The notes: generated by a model from the sequence alone, not told the origin. DNA of 38,846 nucleotides from Saprospiraceae bacterium (GCA_020630455.1 JAHDBK010000001.1:1-38846); one strand, 5' to 3'. Shown: positions 1 through 8,923, counted from the first letter of the stretch. Program-made: numbers and translations.

Positions 1-2
1 CT

Positions 3-1625
3 AGTGGAAATACTACAGGTACAGAAGTCGTAACACCTGGTTCTGCTGGTACTTTCACTTACACGGTGACAGTAACTAATGCTAATGGCTGTACAGACAC
101 AGAGACACACACCATTTTAGTTGATGCTACTCCTACTGCTGGAATTACAGAAGCGGACACATCTGGAGATACTAATAATGATAGTGAAATTTGTTTGGGT
201 GATGACGCTACTTTAACAGCAACTGGTGGAGTTTCTTATCAATGGTCTTCTAGTGGAAACACTACAGACACAGAAATCGTAACTCCTGGTTCAACTGGTA
301 CTTTTACTTATACTGTGACCGTAAGTACCGCTGCAGGATGTACTGATACTGAAACACATACAATTGTCGTCAATCCACTTCCTACTGCTGGAATTACAGA
401 GACTGATACTTCTGGGGATACCAATGACGATAGTGAGATTTGTTTAGGTGATGATGCTACTTTAACAGCTAGTGGTGGTACTTCTTATCAATGGTCTTCT
501 AGTGCAAACACTACGGATACAGAGGTGGTAACTCCTGGTTCTACTGGTACTTTCACTTATACGGTGACTGTAACCGATGCTAATGGATGTACAGATACTG
601 AAACACATACAATTATAGTCAATCCACTTCCAATCGCTGGAATTACAGAAGCAGATACTTCTGGAGATACAAATAACGATAGTGAAATTTGCTTGGGTGA
701 TGATGCCACTTTAACGGCAACTGGTGGCACTTCTTATCAATGGTCTTCTAGCGGTAACACTACAGATACAGAGGTGGTAACTCCTGGTTCTACTGGTACT
801 TTTACTTATACGGTGACTGTAACCGATGCTAATGGATGTACAGACACAGAGACACATTCTATTGTAGTAGACCCACTTCCTACTGCTGGAATTACAGAAA
901 CTGATACTTCTGGAGATACCAATAACGATAGTGAAATTTGTTTAGGTGATGATGCTACTTTAACAGCAACTGGTGGAGTTTCTTATCAATGGTCTTCTAG
1001 TGGAAACACTACAGACACAGAAATCGTAACTCCTGGTTCAACTGGTACTTTTACTTATACTGTGACCGTAAGTACCGCTGCAGGATGTACTGATACTGAA
1101 ACACATACAATTGTCGTCAATCCACTTCCTACTGCTGGAATTACAGAGACTGATACTTCTGGGGATACCAATGACGATAGTGAGATTTGTTTAGGTGATG
1201 ATGCTACTTTAACAGCTAGTGGTGGTACTTCTTATCAATGGTCTTCTAGTGCAAACACTACGGATACAGAGGTGGTAACTCCTGGTTCTACTGGTACTTT
1301 CACTTATACGGTGACTGTAACCGATGCTAATGGATGTACAGATACTGAAACACATACAATTATAGTCAATCCACTTCCAATCGCTGGAATTACAGAAGCA
1401 GATACTTCTGGAGATACAAATAACGATAGTGAAATTTGCTTGGGTGATGATGCCACTTTAACGGCAACTGGTGGCACTTCTTATCAATGGTCTTCTAGCG
1501 GTAACACTACGGATACAGAGGTGGTAACTCCTGGTTCAGCGGGTACTTTCACTTATACCGTAACTGTATCCGATGCTAATGGATGTACAGACACAGAGAC
1601 ACATTCTATTTTAGTTTCACCTGTA
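3..1625 (+). repeat. Coding tandem array of 249-nt (83-aa) units organised as a 747-nt (3-unit) higher-order repeat
   Basis: The SYQWSS motif recurs every 249 nt. nt 207-763 are identical base for base to nt 954-1510 (offset 747). Confidence 0.95.
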
Positions 1626-1895
1626 CCAGATATTAGTATCACTGATGCTCCTATTTTATGTAGTGAAAATAGTTTTGATTTATCAACAATTGTTGTTAAT
1701 GATGCTGTATCATGGGCAGTTACAGATACTTTAATAACTTATCATTCTGCTACACCAGCTACTGCTGGAAATGAATTAGGTAGTGCGATTGTAGCACCTG
1801 GTACTTATTATATTCTTTCAACGGGTCCAAGTGGTTGTTCTGATGAAGTTCCTGTAACCATTACAGATGTTCCTCTTGGAATTATTAAAGATTAA
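3..1895 (+). CDS. Repeat-rich cell-surface (adhesin-like) protein, 5' end outside the window
   Basis: The frame is open from nt 3 (SGNTTGTEVVTPGSAGTFTYTVTV...), so the GTG at 66 in the ORF track is internal. About 6.5 tandem 83-aa units carry C.GDDATLTA.GG.SYQWSS and TGTFTYTVTV..A.GCTDTETH signatures, typical of Ig-fold adhesin repeats in Bacteroidota. A non-repeat C-terminal ~90 aa follows. Stop TAA at 1893-1895. Confidence 0.85.
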   Translation, partial: SGNTTGTEVVTPGSAGTFTYTVTVTNANGCTDTETHTILVDATPTAGITEADTSGDTNNDSEICLGDDATLTATGGVSYQWSSSGNTTDTEIVTPGSTGTFTYTVTVSTAAGCTDTETHTIVVNPLPTAGITETDTSGDTNDDSEICLGDDATLTASGGTSYQWSSSANTTDTEVVTPGSTGTFTYTVTVTDANGCTDTETHTIIVNPLPIAGITEADTSGDTNNDSEICLGDDATLTATGGTSYQWSSSGNTTDTEVVTPGSTGTFTYTVTVTDANGCTDTETHSIVVDPLPTAGITETDTSGDTNNDSEICLGDDATLTATGGVSYQWSSSGNTTDTEIVTPGSTGTFTYTVTVSTAAGCTDTETHTIVVNPLPTAGITETDTSGDTNDDSEICLGDDATLTASGGTSYQWSSSANTTDTEVVTPGSTGTFTYTVTVTDANGCTDTETHTIIVNPLPIAGITEADTSGDTNNDSEICLGDDATLTATGGTSYQWSSSGNTTDTEVVTPGSAGTFTYTVTVSDANGCTDTETHSILVSPVPDISITDAPILCSENSFDLSTIVVNDAVSWAVTDTLITYHSATPATAGNELGSAIVAPGTYYILSTGPSGCSDEVPVTITDVPLGIIKD

Positions 1896-1912
1896 TTTAA
1901 TATTATTAAAAT

Positions 1913-1950
1913 AAAAAAGGAGGGCTTTTGAAGTCCTCCTTTTTATTTTT
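1913..1950. terminator. Bidirectional rho-independent terminator between convergent genes
   Basis: AAAAAAGGAGGGC-ttttgaa-GTCCTCCTTTTT: a GGAGG/CCTCC stem flanked by an A-run and a T-run. It lies between the stop at 1895 (+) and the stop at 1949 (-). Confidence 0.8.
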
Positions 1951-2452
1951 AAGCTACTTTAATTGCTTTCATGATCATATTTCGAAATTCGATAAGTTCT
2001 TTTTTATTATCTACTTCATTATAAGTATGTATATTTCCAATATAATTCATACCTAAATAATCAGCACTTTCTTTGAAAGGCAACCAAAATTGTTCGGCTA
2101 AATTACCTCCATTGGAGCATGATAAAACTGCACAATATTTTCCTCTAAATTGACGCCCCAACTCTTTTTCAATAGTAATTAAATCGGTTAACCTATCAAA
2201 AAAAACTTTCATGATACCACTCATAGAATACCAATAAACAGGCGTAGCAAAAATTAAAACATCATAATCCATCAATTTTTTCATGAGGGGTATGAAATCA
2301 TCTTCTTTATTTAAATGTTCATAATCATAATATGAAAAATTATAATTATTTAAATCAAACAAATGCCAATCTGTTTGTTCTTTTAACTTTTGTATTTTAT
2401 TATAAGTATTTCCTTTACTCCTTGAGCTTCCTAATATTATTGCTACGTTCAT
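1949..2452 (-). CDS. Flavodoxin-like fold NAD(P)H-dependent FMN reductase family protein
   Basis: 167 aa. The N-terminal MNVAIILGSSRSKGNT resembles the GS.R...NT phosphate-binding loop of flavodoxin-like FMN reductases, and size and alternating hydrophobic pattern fit. Family assignment is by motif recall only. Confidence 0.6.
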   Translation of the reverse strand: MNVAIILGSSRSKGNTYNKIQKLKEQTDWHLFDLNNYNFSYYDYEHLNKEDDFIPLMKKLMDYDVLIFATPVYWYSMSGIMKVFFDRLTDLITIEKELGRQFRGKYCAVLSCSNGGNLAEQFWLPFKESADYLGMNYIGNIHTYNEVDNKKELIEFRNMIMKAIKVA

Positions 2453-2515
2453 AATTAATTATTTAAACTGATTTTAAATAAAACTCTAAACTTATTTTAT
2501 TGTTTAAATAATATG

Positions 2516-2523
2516 TATCTTTG
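2516..2523 (+). promoter_or_regulatory. Candidate Bacteroidota sigma-A -7 box (TAtcTTTG)
   Basis: Exact match to the TAnnTTTG consensus, 26 nt upstream of ATG 2549. No clear -33 TTG at canonical spacing. Confidence 0.4.
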
Positions 2524-2548
2524 TGCTATTATTAATTATATTTTTATC

Positions 2549-2776
2549 ATGAAAAATAAATTCTTTTTAGTCAGTACTATCCTATTAATACTTTTAATTG
2601 CATTTCCTGATTTAGCAGAAGCACAATGTGCTATGTGTAAAGCAACTGCTGAACAAAGTGACCAAGTAGGATTAAATAAAGGGATATTATTGATGTTTAT
2701 GGCTCCTTATATCTTAGTCGGTTCAATTGGCTATGTATGGTATAAGAATAAAAAGAATGTAGATGAAAATGAATAG
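2549..2776 (+). CDS. Small secreted/membrane-anchored protein with CxxC motif (hypothetical)
   Basis: ATG 2549 gives the signal peptide MKNKFFLVSTILLILLIAFPDLAEA/Q, then a CAMC motif and a C-terminal TM helix (ILLMFMAPYILVGSIGYVWY). The longer track ORF (2513) would include the candidate -7 box, so the shorter start is preferred. Confidence 0.6.
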   Translation: MKNKFFLVSTILLILLIAFPDLAEAQCAMCKATAEQSDQVGLNKGILLMFMAPYILVGSIGYVWYKNKKNVDENE

Positions 2777-2803
2777 ATACTTGTATCTATTTCAATTTAG
2801 AGT

Positions 2804-3430
2804 ATGTTATTCTATTGTAAGAAATGTAATAATGACATAAAAAAACTCAATTTTCAAGAAGAATTCCATTTAGAAATTTGGGCTATGCTTCGGCAAGGTT
2901 TAAAATTGTTTGCGATTCAACGATTAGTTGATGAATATAAACTAAGCCATAAAGAAGCAAAAACAGTTATTGCCCATTATAATGATTATGGGAAATGCCA
3001 TCGATGTAATTATAATCATTTAGATAAAGAATATATAAATTGTCCTCAATGTAATGCTTTTAATTATAACTTAAAACCCAAGACATCTTTCAATACTGAA
3101 TTCTGTACCTATTTAAGTTTTAAATTAAATTTTGATGACTTAGGAATTGATGAAATCAAAGCTTATTGGTGTGATGGAATTGATTCTATTCCAAGAAATA
3201 TTATAGACCTTTCTAAATCTAATATTCTTAAAAATAAATCTATAATTACAAAAGCATGGATAGGAAAAAGCGGACAAGATGAATATGAAATGGAAATTCT
3301 CCTAGGAGATGAATCTATTATTCTATATGAACAAAACGAAAGTTTAATACCTTGTATTCCTACATCTGATTTTAAAGATTGGATAAATATCGACACATCA
3401 AGAAAGCATATTCAAATTCAATTGAAATGA
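2804..3430 (+). CDS. Hypothetical zinc-ribbon protein
   Basis: 208 aa with three CxxC pairs (CKKC, CHRC, CPQC). A short helical segment (LFAIQRLVDEYKLSHKEAKTVI) resembles the L7/L12 C-terminal 'GLKEAK' motif. I do not recognise the C-terminal ~110 aa. Confidence 0.65.
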   Translation: MLFYCKKCNNDIKKLNFQEEFHLEIWAMLRQGLKLFAIQRLVDEYKLSHKEAKTVIAHYNDYGKCHRCNYNHLDKEYINCPQCNAFNYNLKPKTSFNTEFCTYLSFKLNFDDLGIDEIKAYWCDGIDSIPRNIIDLSKSNILKNKSIITKAWIGKSGQDEYEMEILLGDESIILYEQNESLIPCIPTSDFKDWINIDTSRKHIQIQLK

Positions 3431-3436
3431 AAAGAA

Positions 3437-4384
3437 TTAAATCATCTTCTTCCTTCTAAAAATCCAAACCAATAATAAAGTCAAAATAATACTGATTAAT
3501 ATTATCCAATAAAAAGCGTTGTCATCTTCTTCAAAACCACTTGGAGTATTCATACCAAAAAAACTAGCTACTAAGGTAGGTACCATCAAAATAATGGTGA
3601 TAAGGGTTAATCTTTGAATGACAATATTCAAATTATTAGAAATAATAGAAGCTGATGACTCCATTGTACTTTGAAGAATTTTAGTATATGTATTTGCCAT
3701 TTCTAAGGCTTGACTATTATCAATAATAATATCTTCAAATAAATCGGTCTTGAATTCATTGTTATGAATACGCAATAAATCAGCTCTCTTCATTTTCATT
3801 TTAAGCAATTCATTGGAACTTAGAGAAGTAACGAAATATACCAAAGACTTTTCAATACTCAATAACTGCTTCAATTCCTTTGTCCTACTCGAATCATATA
3901 ATTCTTTCTCGATTAAATTCCGCTTGAGGTTTAATTTTTTTAAATAGGTCAAAAAACGATACACATTCTGTTCAAAAATTTGCAAAATAAAAAGCGTTTC
4001 ATCTGAAGGATTGAAATTTTTAACTTTATTATCCAAGAATAATTGTAAAACTGGATTTTTGTATGATGCAATCGTAATAATATTTTCAGGAGTTAGGATA
4101 ATTCCAATAGGAACAGTGATATACACCGCTTCGATTTCTTCTTCAACATCATTTTGAACGGGAGTATTGACTACTATAAGATTAACATCATCTTCTCTTT
4201 CATAGCGAGAACGCTCATCAATATCCAAGGAATCTGTCAAAAAATCTAAGGGAATAAACAGTCTTTCAGCCAACTCTTCTAATTCTTCTTGACTAAAAGG
4301 AGGAGAAATATTAACCCAGCAGTTCGGTATCAAATCCGACAACTCTTCTAATTGATTCCCTGCCTTTTTATAATATTTAATCAT
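3437..4384 (-). CDS. corA: CorA-family magnesium/cobalt transporter
   Basis: 315 aa with an acidic cytoplasmic N-domain and two C-terminal TM helices separated by the CorA signature VASFFGMNTP (GMN motif). Confidence 0.9.
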   Translation of the reverse strand: MIKYYKKAGNQLEELSDLIPNCWVNISPPFSQEELEELAERLFIPLDFLTDSLDIDERSRYEREDDVNLIVVNTPVQNDVEEEIEAVYITVPIGIILTPENIITIASYKNPVLQLFLDNKVKNFNPSDETLFILQIFEQNVYRFLTYLKKLNLKRNLIEKELYDSSRTKELKQLLSIEKSLVYFVTSLSSNELLKMKMKRADLLRIHNNEFKTDLFEDIIIDNSQALEMANTYTKILQSTMESSASIISNNLNIVIQRLTLITIILMVPTLVASFFGMNTPSGFEEDDNAFYWIILISIILTLLLVWIFRRKKMI

Positions 4385-4429
4385 TCCCTCTTTTTAAGAT
4401 AAACACGTATAATCTTATCTGTTTGGATT

Positions 4430-4437
4430 CAAAGATA
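4430..4437 (-). promoter_or_regulatory. Candidate -7 box (TAtcTTTG on minus strand) for corA
   Basis: The reverse complement of caaagata is TATCTTTG, an exact TAnnTTTG match 46 nt upstream of the corA ATG (4384). Confidence 0.4.
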
Positions 4438-4533
4438 CTTTATTTGTTATAATAAAACAGAATTAATTATCCTGTAATTTAAATTATATTATTTTTTAAA
4501 ACTTTCACTAAACCATAATTCAATAAAAAGCGT

Positions 4534-4541
4534 TATATTTG
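4534..4541 (+). promoter_or_regulatory. Candidate -7 box (TAtaTTTG) for the iscS-iscU-iscA operon
   Basis: Exact TAnnTTTG match 43 nt upstream of ATG 4584. It overlaps the TTG (4539) that the ORF track used as start, which argues against that start. Confidence 0.45.
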
Positions 4542-4583
4542 CAGCGAAATTCAGTAATTAGATTAAATCTAAATAAAAATAAC

Positions 4584-5804
4584 ATGTCGAATCAACGTAT
4601 ATATTTGGATAATAATGCTACAACTCCTTGTGATTCAAGAGTAGTTGATGCTATGGTTCCTTATTTTACAAAAATGTTTGGAAACGCAGCTAGTAGAAAT
4701 CACCCTTATGGCTGGGAAGCAGAAGATGGTGTAGATTATGCTAGAGAGCAAGTTGCCCAATTAATTGGTGCTGACCCTAAAGAAATCATTTTTACTTCAG
4801 GAGCTACTGAAGCAGATAATTTAGCTATCAAGGGAGTATTTGAAATGTATGCCAGAAAAGGAAATCATTTCATTACTTGTACTACGGAACACAAAGCGGT
4901 ATTAGATGCTTTCCAAAAGATAGAAAAACTAGGTGCGGAAGTTACATACCTAGAGGTACAAAGAGACGGCTTAATCAATTTAGATGATTTACAAAATGCT
5001 ATTACGGATAAAACGGTAATGGTTTCTATCATGTTTGCTAATAATGAAACAGGAGTTATACAACCTGTTAAACAAATTGGTGAAATATGTGCTAAAAATG
5101 GTGTATTATTCATGTCAGACATCACTCAAGCGGCAGGTAAAATCCCTGTTGATGTTAAAGAAATGGGTATTCACTTAGCCGCTTTTACAGCTCATAAAAT
5201 GTATGGTCCTAAAGGCGTAGGTGCATTATTCGTGAACAGAAAAAAGCCTAGAGTAAAAGTAACTGCTCAAATGGATGGTGGCGGACACGAAAGAGGCATG
5301 CGTTCTGGAACTTTAAATGTACCAAGTATTGTTGGGTTTGGTAAAGCAGCTGAAATTGCAATGGCAGAAATGGAGCAAGATGCAAAGCGTCTATCTAAGT
5401 TGAGAGATAAATTACAAGCAGCTTTAATGGAACAATTAGAAGAGGTAGTTATCAATGGAAATGAAGAACACAGAATGCCTCACGTTACTAATATGTCTTT
5501 CAAACACGTAGAAGGAGAAGGATTGATGATGACTTTTAATCAAAATCTTGCATTATCATCTGGTTCTGCTTGTACTTCTGCTTCACTTGAACCAAGTTAT
5601 GTATTAAAAGCACTAGGGTTAGGAGATGATTTGGCACATTCTTCTTTGAGGTTTTCTCTTGGAAAATACACTACTGAACAAGAAATTGACCAAACTATTG
5701 AATGGATTGCTAATGGAGTCAATCACATGCGTTCTTTAAGTCCTATTTGGGAAATGTTCAAGGAAGGTATTGATTTGGAATCTATCGAATGGAGCGAACA
5801 TTAA
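4584..5804 (+). CDS. iscS: Cysteine desulfurase, IscS/NifS class I
   Basis: MSNQRIYLDNNATTP N-terminus, PLP-lysine context FTAHKMYGPKGVGALF and active-site loop SSGSACTSASLEPSYVL. It is followed directly by iscU and an A-type carrier. Start is set at ATG 4584 rather than TTG 4539. Confidence 0.93.
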   Translation: MSNQRIYLDNNATTPCDSRVVDAMVPYFTKMFGNAASRNHPYGWEAEDGVDYAREQVAQLIGADPKEIIFTSGATEADNLAIKGVFEMYARKGNHFITCTTEHKAVLDAFQKIEKLGAEVTYLEVQRDGLINLDDLQNAITDKTVMVSIMFANNETGVIQPVKQIGEICAKNGVLFMSDITQAAGKIPVDVKEMGIHLAAFTAHKMYGPKGVGALFVNRKKPRVKVTAQMDGGGHERGMRSGTLNVPSIVGFGKAAEIAMAEMEQDAKRLSKLRDKLQAALMEQLEEVVINGNEEHRMPHVTNMSFKHVEGEGLMMTFNQNLALSSGSACTSASLEPSYVLKALGLGDDLAHSSLRFSLGKYTTEQEIDQTIEWIANGVNHMRSLSPIWEMFKEGIDLESIEWSEH

Positions 5805-5834
5805 CAGTTATCAGTTATCAGTTATCAGTTATCA
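5805..5834. repeat. Heptanucleotide tandem repeat (CAGTTAT) x4.3
   Basis: cagttat cagttat cagttat cagttat ca begins immediately after the iscS stop codon (5802-5804). Confidence 0.95.
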
Positions 5835-5886
5835 TTAAATTGAAAAAATAGTATTATATTTATATTATAAAAAATAAATTAAAAAT

Positions 5887-6270
5887 ATGGCATATTCAGA
5901 TAAAGTTTTAGACCACTTCAAAAACCCTCGTAATGTAGGAACTTTGAATAAAGATAATAAAAATGTAGGAACAGGCTTAGTTGGAGCTCCTGAGTGTGGT
6001 GACGTTATGCGTCTTCAAATTCAAGTGAATGATGAAGGACTTATAGAAGATGCGAAATTCAAAACTTTTGGATGTGGTTCTGCAATTGCTTCTTCTTCTT
6101 TAGCTACTGAATGGTTAAAAGGAAAAACAATCGACGAAGCACTTTCAATTGACAATATGGATATTGTAGAAGAATTGGCATTACCTCCTGTTAAGATTCA
6201 TTGTTCTGTTTTAGCAGAAGATGCTATCAAATCTGCAATTAACGATTACAAAGAAAAAAACAATCAATAA
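5887..6270 (+). CDS. iscU: Fe-S cluster assembly scaffold IscU
   Basis: MAYSDKVLDHFKNPRNVG N-terminus and the three ligand cysteines in GAPECGD, FGCGSAIAS and HCSVLAEDA contexts. 127 aa. Confidence 0.93.
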   Translation: MAYSDKVLDHFKNPRNVGTLNKDNKNVGTGLVGAPECGDVMRLQIQVNDEGLIEDAKFKTFGCGSAIASSSLATEWLKGKTIDEALSIDNMDIVEELALPPVKIHCSVLAEDAIKSAINDYKEKNNQ

Positions 6271-6272
6271 TT

Positions 6273-6599
6273 ATGCTTTTTGTATCTGACAGTGCAAAAA
6301 ATAAAATAGACGAAATCAAATCCACAGAAGGATTAAGTGAGGACTACTTTGTAAGAGTGAGCGTAACAAGTGGTGGCTGTAGTGGTCTATCCTATCAAAT
6401 GGATTTTGATAATGAAAGTCAGGAAAACGATCAAGTTTTTGATGACAACGGTGTCAAAGTCGTTACAGACTTGAAAAGTTTCCTTTATTTATGTAATACA
6501 ACGCTAGAGTTTTCGGGTGGATTGAATGGAAAAGGATTTCATTTTTCTAATCCTAACGCCTCTCGTACTTGTGGCTGCGGAGAAAGTTTTGCAGTATAG
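6273..6599 (+). CDS. iscA: A-type Fe-S cluster carrier (IscA/HesB family)
   Basis: 108 aa with GGCSG and C-terminal CGCGESF motifs. Only 2 nt lie between it and iscU. Confidence 0.9.
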   Translation: MLFVSDSAKNKIDEIKSTEGLSEDYFVRVSVTSGGCSGLSYQMDFDNESQENDQVFDDNGVKVVTDLKSFLYLCNTTLEFSGGLNGKGFHFSNPNASRTCGCGESFAV

Positions 6600-6620
6600 A
6601 TATATTCTATTTATAATAAT

Positions 6621-6658
6621 AAAAAAGGACAATTGGTGATGCTAATTGTCCTTTTTTT
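6621..6658. terminator. Bidirectional rho-independent terminator
   Basis: AAAAAA-GGACAATT-ggtgatgct-AATTGTCC-TTTTTTT between convergent iscA (+) and 6662..7690 (-). Confidence 0.8.
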
Positions 6659-6661
6659 ATG

Positions 6662-7690
6662 CTATTTTTTCTTCCTAATAAATATCCAATATAAAACAAA
6701 TATAACAATCAGTCCAATTAGTATAGGCACACCGTAAATCATAAATATAAACACTCCACCTATAATATTGGTGCTCGTATTTGGAATATCAAAAGGAGAA
6801 TCAAATTTTAGTATTTCGGTTAAATTGCTATTATTGAGTTGCGTTTTAGAAAGCCTATCAATATCATTATAATATTTATCTTTATTATTAATAATATTAT
6901 TAAAATCAAATTCATCTATTTGCTTATGATAGGTCAAGGCGATATTATCACTACGAGTGGGAATTAAATCTGTAAATTGAGTATATAATATATTTTGAGC
7001 ACTATTATAGCTCAAATTCAAATCAGATGCATAGCCTTTGATATCTTCATTAGACATCCCATCCATTAATTGTATTTTAATGAGTCCTTTTTCAATTGGA
7101 TTTTTCCAAGTAGCTCCCGTTTCTAATATATAAATAAAAGCATTGAATGAACGAGTATCATAACCTTCTCTTACATTGGCTTCATTTGTATTTAAAATAA
7201 AAAATACTTCAATCTTAGTCAATGCCTTGGGCTTGAATTCATTCTTCCATACATACCATTGCTTAGCAGAATAATTATCTACAAACTCAGAATTCACCTC
7301 TTCTACTTCTACTTTCTCATAATCCATTTCATCTCCATCAATTAAGACTTTAAATTGATACATTTCATCAAACCAAATAGCAGTCAAATCAGAACCATTT
7401 TTATGGGACTCAAAATCAGCATTGATAGGATAACCTGCCCGCATAACAATACTAGTATCTTCGTGATTATACATCCAATACTCTCCTTTGACTACTGCAA
7501 ATCCCTTGTACAATTGAATACTGACCTGCTCTTGCTTCATTTGAATCTTCTTGTAGAAAGCGGTATCTTCTTCAAATAAAAGATTAAATGTACCTGTACC
7601 TCCTGCCCTCCAAATTCCTGGTTGAGCAGCATTTGCCCATATTGCTAAAGGGATAAAAACAAAGTTGATGAATAAGATTATTTTTTTCAT
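6662..7690 (-). CDS. Hypothetical secreted protein with C-terminal membrane anchor
   Basis: Signal peptide MKKIILFINFVFIPLAIWANAAQ, a ~290-aa soluble domain and a C-terminal TM helix (IIGGVFIFMIYGVPILIGLIVIFVLYWIFI) followed by RKKK. It is the last gene of the LytTR operon string. Confidence 0.7.
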   Translation of the reverse strand: MKKIILFINFVFIPLAIWANAAQPGIWRAGGTGTFNLLFEEDTAFYKKIQMKQEQVSIQLYKGFAVVKGEYWMYNHEDTSIVMRAGYPINADFESHKNGSDLTAIWFDEMYQFKVLIDGDEMDYEKVEVEEVNSEFVDNYSAKQWYVWKNEFKPKALTKIEVFFILNTNEANVREGYDTRSFNAFIYILETGATWKNPIEKGLIKIQLMDGMSNEDIKGYASDLNLSYNSAQNILYTQFTDLIPTRSDNIALTYHKQIDEFDFNNIINNKDKYYNDIDRLSKTQLNNSNLTEILKFDSPFDIPNTSTNIIGGVFIFMIYGVPILIGLIVIFVLYWIFIRKKK

Positions 7691-7702
7691 AATAATAAAT
7701 TT

Positions 7703-8221
7703 TTAAACTCTTGCTAGGGCAGATGGTAAATCCATCGCTCTTCGCCAAGCAGCCAACTGTCCTAAATGCATTGCTTCATGGTTGATACTCATAAATATAA
7801 TACAATCTAAGCGTGAAGGCAAATAGTCATTGAGCCGCCATTGAGTATTTTCATAAAAATCATCAATATTTGCTTGGGATAATGTTTCTTTTAAGTGATT
7901 GTGTTGAACTTCTAATTGCTTTAGTAAGGCTTGTTTATTTGGATAGAGTGCTGTATTTTCTTCTGGCAATCTAGGGTCACCAGGACCATTTCTCTTAAAT
8001 AATTGATTCCATAAATCTGGCAAACTTGATTGCCCTCCTGCATAATTAATCGTCATTGCAGTAGCAACAGCTAGATGTCCTAATGTAAAAGCAGGATGAT
8101 TTTCCAATCCTTTATGGGGTATATGCATCATCAATTCTTCACTTACATCTTTTACTAATTGTTGGGCATAAAGCAAATTAAAATCTAATTGATTGATAAT
8201 ATACTTGACTTTTTCATCCAT
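7703..8221 (-). CDS. DinB-family (DinB/YfiT-like helical bundle) protein
   Basis: 172 aa with His-containing motifs HPAFTLGHL and HEAMHLGQL at positions typical of the DinB metal triad. Only 3 nt downstream of the response regulator stop. Confidence 0.6.
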   Translation of the reverse strand: MDEKVKYIINQLDFNLLYAQQLVKDVSEELMMHIPHKGLENHPAFTLGHLAVATAMTINYAGGQSSLPDLWNQLFKRNGPGDPRLPEENTALYPNKQALLKQLEVQHNHLKETLSQANIDDFYENTQWRLNDYLPSRLDCIIFMSINHEAMHLGQLAAWRRAMDLPSALARV

Positions 8222-8224
8222 TTA

Positions 8225-8923
8225 TCACTTTATTTTTTTCCAAAATGCATCTTGATAGGTTTTGCCAATTGGAATATATTTTTCATTAATGACTGCCCTA
8301 TTTCTTTCTATAAAATCAATTTTCTCTATATTAATAATATATGATTTGTGAACCCTCATAAATTGTTCTTGAGGCAATCGTTCTACAAAACTTTTAATAT
8401 TCTCTAAAGTTAGTATTTTTTTATCTATTGTTTGAATATTTATATAATCTCCTAATCCTTCAAAGTATAAAATATCGCTGAGATTAATTTTTTTCACTTT
8501 ATACTCTGTTTTTACAAAGATATAATCTTTTTCCTTGTTAATAGTTATACTTTCAACTTGACTTTGCTGACTAATCCTTTCTTTTGCCTTATTAACAGCA
8601 ATCATAAATCTGTCTAAAGATATTGGTTTTAATAAATAATCAATCACATCAAATTCGTAGCCATCTAATGCGTATTCATCATAGGCAGTAGTCAATATAA
8701 AATTACTTTTTTTATTGAGAATTTTCATGAATTGAATCCCTGTCAAATCGGGCATTTGTATATCTAAAAATATTAAATCGACAGGATTTCCTTGAACATA
8801 TTGTAGGGCTTTAATAGCATCTGTATATGTATTGACTAATTCTAATCCTTCTGTTTTAGAAACATAATCGGAAATCAATTGAATCGCCAATGGTTCATCA
8901 TCTATTACTATACACTTTAACAT
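8225..8923 (-). CDS. LytTR-family response regulator
   Basis: Receiver domain (CIVIDDEP, DLIFLDIQMPDLTG, LLKP) plus a C-terminal LytTR DNA-binding domain (FMRVHKSYIINIEKI). It overlaps the upstream kinase by 7 nt. Confidence 0.92.
   Translation of the reverse strand: MLKCIVIDDEPLAIQLISDYVSKTEGLELVNTYTDAIKALQYVQGNPVDLIFLDIQMPDLTGIQFMKILNKKSNFILTTAYDEYALDGYEFDVIDYLLKPISLDRFMIAVNKAKERISQQSQVESITINKEKDYIFVKTEYKVKKINLSDILYFEGLGDYINIQTIDKKILTLENIKSFVERLPQEQFMRVHKSYIINIEKIDFIERNRAVINEKYIPIGKTYQDAFWKKIK

Noticed and set aside
3-1625. Regular 249-nt repeats considered as a CRISPR-like or satellite array.
   Set aside because: The repeats are in one continuous open reading frame encoding a coherent 83-aa domain. 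There is no repeat/spacer alternation, and the unit is far longer than CRISPR repeats.
4539-4583. Upstream alternative starts proposed by the ORF track: TTG 4539 for iscS, ATG 2513 for the small membrane protein, ATG 11196 for the DUF2807-like gene, ATG 14552 for the MORN-like gene and TTG 23577 for the methyltransferase.
   Set aside because: The extensions translate to AT-rich low-complexity peptides placed before obvious native N-termini or signal peptides. For 4539 and 2513 they also overlap exact TAnnTTTG promoter boxes. 14552 and 23577 remain possible but are less likely.
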